Shown: positions 56,975-62,439 of the stretch, one piece after another
Layout: each line of letters begins with the position of its first letter
Position numbering within the stretch: the stretch's first letter is position 1
Source of the DNA: a virus
Taxonomy: Duplodnaviria > Caudoviricetes
Strand: one strand, 5' to 3'
DNA: 62,439 nt
IMG/VR virus record: IMGVR_UViG_3300036801_000157
Location: 1 to 62,439 of that record
Program-made: the position numbers and the translations under genes
The notes under the pieces: model-generated
Told to the model about the DNA's origin: nothing
What the model saw: only the letters and a program-made list of their open reading frames with translations
Databases searched by the model: none

Positions 56975-57478
56975 CTAGGCGTTGGCGGCGAGCCTGAGCC
57001 AATCCCTGGGACAAGTGGCCACCGTATCGCCTCCGAGGATTTGAAGCAACACAACAATCCGCTCCCGCCGTGTCATTTTTACCACACCATTCAGGCCTAC
57101 AAGCGAACCAACCTTGAACTCGACCACATCGCCGACCCTAATCTGGCGATGACGCTCATGGCGCAGCAGGCCATGGCTTTCGCGCCATTGGAGCTGCTCG
57201 ATCTCACGATCTGCGATGGCCACCGGAGCGCTGCCGTTGCCCAGCAGCTTCCGGACACCCCGGGTGCCGTTTATGGCGCGCCAGCAGGCGGCATCGGCCT
57301 GCACCCGCACGAACAGATAGCCCCAGAACACCGGTTCCGGCGCCTCGATCCAACGCCCGTTGCGGCTCCGGCTGCTCTGCAGCATCGGATTGTAGACGGT
57401 GAAACTTTGCTGTTCGAGACAACTGACAGCAAGACGTGTCTTGCGTGTTTGCGCGCAGTACCAACGTTCGTTTTGCAT
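56975..57478 (-). CDS. NusG/RfaH-like transcription antiterminator
   Basis: WYCAQT, P.F.GYLFV, I..TRGV..L, KOW motif GD.V....G...GL.G. Confidence 0.85.
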   Translation of the reverse strand: MQNERWYCAQTRKTRLAVSCLEQQSFTVYNPMLQSSRSRNGRWIEAPEPVFWGYLFVRVQADAACWRAINGTRGVRKLLGNGSAPVAIADREIEQLQWRESHGLLRHERHRQIRVGDVVEFKVGSLVGLNGVVKMTRRERIVVLLQILGGDTVATCPRDWLRLAANA

Positions 57479-57579
57479 TCGATCCAGTCCAAGCTATGGA
57501 TCGATCCCGCTGTGCCTTTGGAAACGAAACCGCCGCCAACGTCAAGCGCCAACAGCGAAAATCCGCCCATCCTCGACTG

Positions 57580-57768
57580 TCAGAAGCGTCTCCTCATCTG
57601 ATCCCATGCCGCCATCTCGCGGTAGAAAGCCAAACCCGTCGACGGATCGAGGCGGAAAAGCCGATTGAGATTATCCAGCACAGCGCCAAGGCCGCGCCAG
57701 TCGCCAGTAATCAGAAGCATGCGTGCCTCGAGTTTTTGCCGCTCGATCTCATCGACGATTTGTTTCAT
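57580..57768 (-). CDS. Small hypothetical protein
   Basis: ATGA-coupled. Confidence 0.45.
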   Translation of the reverse strand: MKQIVDEIERQKLEARMLLITGDWRGLGAVLDNLNRLFRLDPSTGLAFYREMAAWDQMRRRF

Positions 57769-58442
57769 GCCGGCACCAACGCCATGGCGGCATCGCGGGC
57801 CCGCTCCAGTTCGGCGATCGCTGTACCGCCCTCGTATTGCGCCATTTCCTCAAGGATAGGATAGCCGCTGTCGATCGACGCCATGATCTCGGCGCGCGTG
57901 GCCCGCCTGCCCTCGGCGAACCATGACAACCCGACCTGATCGCCGATCTTGATCATTGGACGGCCTTGGCCATCATTGAAGATCGAGAATGTCTTGGTGA
58001 CCCAGATGCATGTCACGCCGGGATTGCGCTCGATCATCTCGCCTGCCGGATTGCCGGCATTCATCGGCAAATCCTTGCTGTGACGGCGCATCCGCGGCCG
58101 AGTCAAAAACGGGCACGCGCGCGCAGAGAATTCGGCGCACTCCAAATGACTTGGCGGCTCGGTGGTGACACGATTGATCGTGCACATGGGGCCCAGAACG
58201 AAAGCCTTGTGCACGCCGAGCTTCTCGCCGCAAACCCAGCACAGGCCATGGCGAACGCACTTCCTCCAGGTTTCCGCCAAGGCGACGCGGAAGTCGGGCT
58301 CGCCGTCGCCTGTCACGCAACGCTCGCCATGCTTGAACCAAGTAACGAAATAGGGCACTGGCGCCAACATCCCCATGATCTCCCAACGCGGAAGCGCTGC
58401 GATGCGCGGCGGCATATCTTGAAGAAAACGGCTGCTGTTCAT
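57765..58442 (-). CDS. Conserved phage protein with Zn motif
   Basis: PVPYFV.W, LCWVCG, EPP.H.ECA.FS...CPFL. Confidence 0.7.
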   Translation of the reverse strand: MNSSRFLQDMPPRIAALPRWEIMGMLAPVPYFVTWFKHGERCVTGDGEPDFRVALAETWRKCVRHGLCWVCGEKLGVHKAFVLGPMCTINRVTTEPPSHLECAEFSARACPFLTRPRMRRHSKDLPMNAGNPAGEMIERNPGVTCIWVTKTFSIFNDGQGRPMIKIGDQVGLSWFAEGRRATRAEIMASIDSGYPILEEMAQYEGGTAIAELERARDAAMALVPA

Positions 58443-58876
58443 TGGATTTTACTCACGCATTGATCACCATCGACCACAGCGATGAGATTGACGGCGAAAT
58501 GTCCGGGGTCGAATTCCTCAGTCCACATCTTCCAATCTTCGAGGCCACCCGGTAGCCCGAACTCGGCTGCGAGAGCCACAACGGTAGGCACGCTCGGACA
58601 CGCGCCAGGCTTCCCGTCAACCGAGATCGAGAGATGACGCACGAGGCCCACCGGTTGCTCTTCGAAGCTGATCGCCGCATGATAGCCCATAGGAATCTCG
58701 ACATGGTGCGAGCTGGGGCGCCATCCTGGCGGCCGATCGGCGAGCATGATCTTCGCCTTGTCCGGCATCGCCAGCGCCATGACGATGTCAAGCGGCACCG
58801 GCGTCTTGCGCGCCTCGGCGATCGCCCGCGCGATCTCGGCGCGCACCTCGTCGGTAATCATGAGCGCGCGCATCAT
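58439..58876 (-). CDS. Hypothetical protein (RHLSIS motif)
   Basis: SFEEQP.G.VRHLSISV. Confidence 0.65.
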   Translation of the reverse strand: MMRALMITDEVRAEIARAIAEARKTPVPLDIVMALAMPDKAKIMLADRPPGWRPSSHHVEIPMGYHAAISFEEQPVGLVRHLSISVDGKPGACPSVPTVVALAAEFGLPGGLEDWKMWTEEFDPGHFAVNLIAVVDGDQCVSKIQ

Positions 58877-59070
58877 CGCTTCGTCTCCCGTCGAATCGAT
58901 TCTATCAACGCACGATGCCGAGCACGCTGTTGTGCGATATCATGGTCGTGTTCATTGTACGGAAAAGCCCGATCGATCGCCGCCAGCCATGCGGCGCGCC
59001 ATGCCTCCGGGCCACGCCTCTCCTCGGCCACGATCCAGTGCAGTTTCTCCAGACTCGTCGGAGCCGTCAT
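58873..59070 (-). CDS. Small hypothetical protein
   Basis: ATGA-coupled. Confidence 0.45.
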   Translation of the reverse strand: MTAPTSLEKLHWIVAEERRGPEAWRAAWLAAIDRAFPYNEHDHDIAQQRARHRALIESIRRETKR

Positions 59071-59576
59071 TGCTTTGTCTCGCTTTCCGCCATTCGCTCG
59101 GCTATCATCCGCTCGTTGACTGGAATCAACTCACGCACGGTCTTGCACCAATCCTGAATCATACGCTCGCGGAATTCGTCGATCTCAGGCTTCCTACCTT
59201 GATGGCCGGCCAGCCAGATCGCGAACAGATCGGCCAGCACCGCGAGCTGAATACCCGGCGGCAACCTATGCAGCATTGGCGCAATGGTCGAGACGACCAT
59301 TTTCACCATGGCATCGAACACGACAAGCCCAGCATTCTCCGGAACATCCGGGACAGGGTTTGGCGGCCTCTCGTCCGGAGGCATCAGCTCGCCCAGCCGC
59401 CTCGCCAGCATCATCATGACCACGAGAATCGCATCGGCCTCGGTTTCGGCGAGCAGCACTTCGGCCGAAACGCGCGGCAGCACGATGTTGCCAAGCGGCT
59501 TGTCCTCTGGACCTCGCCATGCGAGATCGGCGCGGATTTTATTGAGAACGTCGATGCGCGTCATGATGCCGACCAA
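59067..59576 (-). CDS. Hypothetical protein
   Basis: Q.AVLADL.A.WLAGH motif. Confidence 0.55.
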   Translation of the reverse strand: MVGIMTRIDVLNKIRADLAWRGPEDKPLGNIVLPRVSAEVLLAETEADAILVVMMMLARRLGELMPPDERPPNPVPDVPENAGLVVFDAMVKMVVSTIAPMLHRLPPGIQLAVLADLFAIWLAGHQGRKPEIDEFRERMIQDWCKTVRELIPVNERMIAERMAESETKQ

Positions 59577-59831
59577 CCGTTGCGATGCGCCGCTGATACA
59601 GAGACCTCCGTGTCAATCGAGCATCCATCTGGTGGATGAAACGTGTTGTCCCCGCCGCACGTGATGCACACGGCATTGATATGCGTCACAGCGTCGTCCA
59701 CCACGTAGGTATAAACCGTGCCGCTGCATTTCCAGCACGGCGCGCCGTTGTCGGAATGATAGCGCGTTCTCATGGTCCAGACTCACTATCGGTAAATGAA
59801 GCCGCTAACAAAGCGGCCGCTCGCCCAGGGA

Positions 59832-61493
59832 TCATTTGAAGTTGTCCAATTCTCTGTAATCATCTTCGGTCATCAGCGTTGTCCGCTCGGCAACGCGATC
59901 GATGATGGCCTGCTCGCGATCCGTCAATGCGCCGTTATCATGGCCGTTGCCGTGGCCATTGCCATGACCGTTGCCGTGCCCATTGCCATTGGCGGAGCGT
60001 GCACCGCCCTGCTCCCTTTGTTTCTGAGAGTTAGCCCACGCAATTTGCGTATGCTTGATCCAACCAAGCGTCGCGATCGAGACGTAATTGGCTTGCGATA
60101 CATCCTTGATCGACCAGTCTGGCCAGCAATCGAATTTATCGCGGAACTTATTCGCAGCCCACCCAGGCTTGTAGCCGCGTTGCGCGCCGTAAAGCTTGAG
60201 TTCCCCGAGAAATCTGGCCTTGTCCTCCATCGTGTAATGCTGTTTGGCGCGCTTCTTAGGCAACATGGATTTGCTGATTTCTTGAAGCTCGACATCATCC
60301 TCGATGACGTTGTTCAGAATGACTGGTTCGAAACCGCAATACGGACATTTGCGCGCGCCAACCGGCTTTAGAGCGCTGCAGGCCGCGCATTCTTTCGGTA
60401 ATCTCTCTCGCAACTCAGCCTTTGGCTTGTCCCTTCCATCATCCAACTGATCGTGCTCAATGTCCGTTACAAATCCAAGACGCAGCGTTGTATCGCTATG
60501 GTCAAGAATTAAAGCGCAATCTTTGCCTTCAGCCGTCCTCAAAGATCGTCCGATTATCTGCTTGTAAAGCATTTCCGACTTGGTTGGCCGCGCCAAGATC
60601 GCGCATCTCACATCCCAGTCCACTCCAGTCGTCAGCGTCCCGACGTTGGTGACCACCTGAAAACCGCCAGCATGAAACTTACGCTTGATCTCTGCGCGCT
60701 CATCGAGCGGCGTGCTGGCATCCTGATAGCCGCATTCAATTCCAGCTTCGAGAAACCGCATCTGCAACGCCTGGGCATGCGCGCAATCAACACCGAAACA
60801 AAGCGTCTTGTCTTTTCCCCATCGCGTCATCCACGTCTTGACGATATCCGCACTCAGCGATCCGGCTTGCATGGCTGTGCTCAACTGGCCCTCGTGATAA
60901 TCCCCTGCAATCGTCTTCACGTCACGCAAGTCCGGATGACCCGTGGCATATACCTTGAACGGCGCCAGCACCCCCTTGTCGATCATGTCCTGCGTTGTCG
61001 CCACCGTTATCAATGTCTCGAAATATTTGCCTAGCCCACGCGTGTATGGCGTTGCCGACAGACCAATAAATGGAACTTTCTGCCAAGCCTCATGCTCCAG
61101 CCAAGTCTTGTGATATTCATGCAGAACGTGACATTCATCGATGATGATGACGTGCGCCTCCGGATAGACGCCGCGTTTCAATAGTGTTTGCACCGAAGCA
61201 ATTTGAACGGGCCGAGACCAATCCGTCAATCGATGCGACGCCTGAATCACTCCAACATCTTTTATATCCTCAGCATGCAACGCTTCCATTGTCTGGTCGA
61301 CAAGAGAAATGCTCGAGACGACAAAGCACACCCTGTTGCCTTTTTTCAATGCCGCTTCGATGATCGCGCCAGAGAGTAATGTTTTTCCGCTTCCGGTGGG
61401 AGACTGCAAGACAATTCTACGGACTCCCTGCCGAACTGTCTGACGCAATGTCGAAAGAGCTTCTTCCTGATGTGCCCATAGCGATCTGTTCAT
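59832..61493 (-). CDS. SF2 DEXH helicase with Zn ribbon
   Basis: PTGSGKT, IIDECH, GLSATP, LTTGVD, ARPTKS, QIIGR.LR, ILDH, C..C/CP.CG. Confidence 0.92.
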   Translation of the reverse strand: MNRSLWAHQEEALSTLRQTVRQGVRRIVLQSPTGSGKTLLSGAIIEAALKKGNRVCFVVSSISLVDQTMEALHAEDIKDVGVIQASHRLTDWSRPVQIASVQTLLKRGVYPEAHVIIIDECHVLHEYHKTWLEHEAWQKVPFIGLSATPYTRGLGKYFETLITVATTQDMIDKGVLAPFKVYATGHPDLRDVKTIAGDYHEGQLSTAMQAGSLSADIVKTWMTRWGKDKTLCFGVDCAHAQALQMRFLEAGIECGYQDASTPLDERAEIKRKFHAGGFQVVTNVGTLTTGVDWDVRCAILARPTKSEMLYKQIIGRSLRTAEGKDCALILDHSDTTLRLGFVTDIEHDQLDDGRDKPKAELRERLPKECAACSALKPVGARKCPYCGFEPVILNNVIEDDVELQEISKSMLPKKRAKQHYTMEDKARFLGELKLYGAQRGYKPGWAANKFRDKFDCWPDWSIKDVSQANYVSIATLGWIKHTQIAWANSQKQREQGGARSANGNGHGNGHGNGHGNGHDNGALTDREQAIIDRVAERTTLMTEDDYRELDNFK

Positions 61494-61678
61494 CGCGCTA
61501 CCTCCGCCAATTCCATGTAATCTAGAAATTCTTCAATCCACGAAATGTCGCGCATCGCATCTTGCACGGATAGACATTCGTTGAGAGCGCCGAAAGTGTA
61601 TGATCCTGGTGAAAATTGATATGCCAACTTCGCCTCACGAACCGCGCGATTGACAGCTTTCATCAATTGATCGCTCAT
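61490..61678 (-). CDS. Small hypothetical protein
   Basis: ATGA-coupled; GGAGG RBS. Confidence 0.55.
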   Translation of the reverse strand: MSDQLMKAVNRAVREAKLAYQFSPGSYTFGALNECLSVQDAMRDISWIEEFLDYMELAEVAR

Positions 61679-61971
61679 CGGTTAACCTCCATAGAATTGT
61701 CGCCATTGATCCAACTTCGCATCGGTTCAGGAATTCGCTCGGCGGCAACAATGATCACGTTGGTTGAATCACATGAGCCGCAGAACAATAGATCGCCCCG
61801 CCGAGCAGTGAATTTCTCAATGGCCGTTCTGCATTGAAAGACCGTCGGCACCCGATTGCATTCGCCACACTCGTTGCAGCTCACCAGCAACCATGTCCGC
61901 AGCCGCCGGCCGAAACTATTGCGCTGCGGCATTTTCATTTCGCAGTTGCGAAACCCGCGCGCGCGGCTCAA
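61675..61971 (-). CDS. Small Cys-rich protein
   Basis: CNECG, CGSC. Confidence 0.45.
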   Translation of the reverse strand: MSRARGFRNCEMKMPQRNSFGRRLRTWLLVSCNECGECNRVPTVFQCRTAIEKFTARRGDLLFCGSCDSTNVIIVAAERIPEPMRSWINGDNSMEVNR

Positions 61972-62439
61972 ACCCTGTTAAGTCTGCCTCAACTAAGAGG
62001 CTACCAAGGGTAGAAGAGCTAGTTATTCCCTCTTGCTTGCTCATTCTTCTATCTTCCTTTCTTACTTCTCTTGCTTTCTTCTCTGTTCGATTCGAAACCG
62101 TGCAGGCGTGCGCGCGCGAGGGTGACTGCGGACACGCTTCTCTATGCGCCGAGAGGGTGGTCATTCCCCTGGCGCTTCGAGACAGACCATTTCGCTGACT
62201 GATCAGTCGATGCAGGCGGGAGACGGCACCTGCGCCGAGCCGCGAGTTCCGGGAGCGGCTATCCCTTCGCTATTTCGCTATTAGCGCGGCCGGCGGTGTT
62301 GGTGAGGACACCTGCCGGCCGCCCGGTCGGGAAAGCGTTGGGGTGTCCCCCGACCGGCAACTGGTGTAGCGCGGCCGCCAGGGGAGCCCATTGATGGGCG
62401 GGCTTGCCCTGGCGACGCTTGCGGCAAGAACCCTACCGC

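Noticed and set aside
59930-59995. GCC-rich repeat in the helicase as a fifth array
   Set aside because: 12-nt period encoding NGHG repeats in frame; no GGCAGG delimiters or leader
1-62439. Integrase, att sites, tRNA, reverse transcriptase/DGR
   Set aside because: None recognised by eye in this window; lifestyle cannot be fixed from it
61975-62439. Possible replication origin or end of a replication gene
   Set aside because: Purine-skewed patch and hairpins are present, but no iterons or complete ORF that I can support

Overview
High-GC segment of a tailed dsDNA phage or prophage. The host is probably an alphaproteobacterium (inference from gene content and promoter style). It holds a nearly complete minus-strand virion module (intein-containing TerL, DUF1073-type portal, gpF, DUF2213 protein, decoration protein, DUF2184 capsid, neck, tail tube, frameshifted tail chaperone, tape measure, tail tip), an amidase endolysin, an SF2 helicase, a NusG paralog, RusA, two methyltransferases and several homing-type endonucleases. 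The standout is an RNA-guided-looking system that is not CRISPR: a RAMP/Cas7-like gene (6352-7242), an accessory gene (5867-6352) and four non-coding arrays (about 4.66-5.81, 7.43-7.69, 15.72-15.81 and 41.02-41.37 kb). The arrays are built from 5-nt GGY-NN pentamers grouped into GGCAGG-delimited units, each array has a terminator, and they share leader and/or promoter motifs. Reading only the variable NN dinucleotides by hand as codon positions 1-2 gives recognisable peptides. Two units decode to tyrosine-integrase catalytic motifs (HDLRRT; SRAGV.PD.AE..LGH). Others decode to near-copies of this phage's own neighbouring genes (RusA, accessory gene, Zn-cluster gene, tail gene, portal, fibre). 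The resident alleles mismatch the guides, often through synonymous Arg/Leu/Ser codon switches. This points to gapped-guide DNA targeting of competing relatives with self-avoidance. It resembles my recollection of the recently reported VIPR-type systems, which I could not verify here. All alignments were done by eye.
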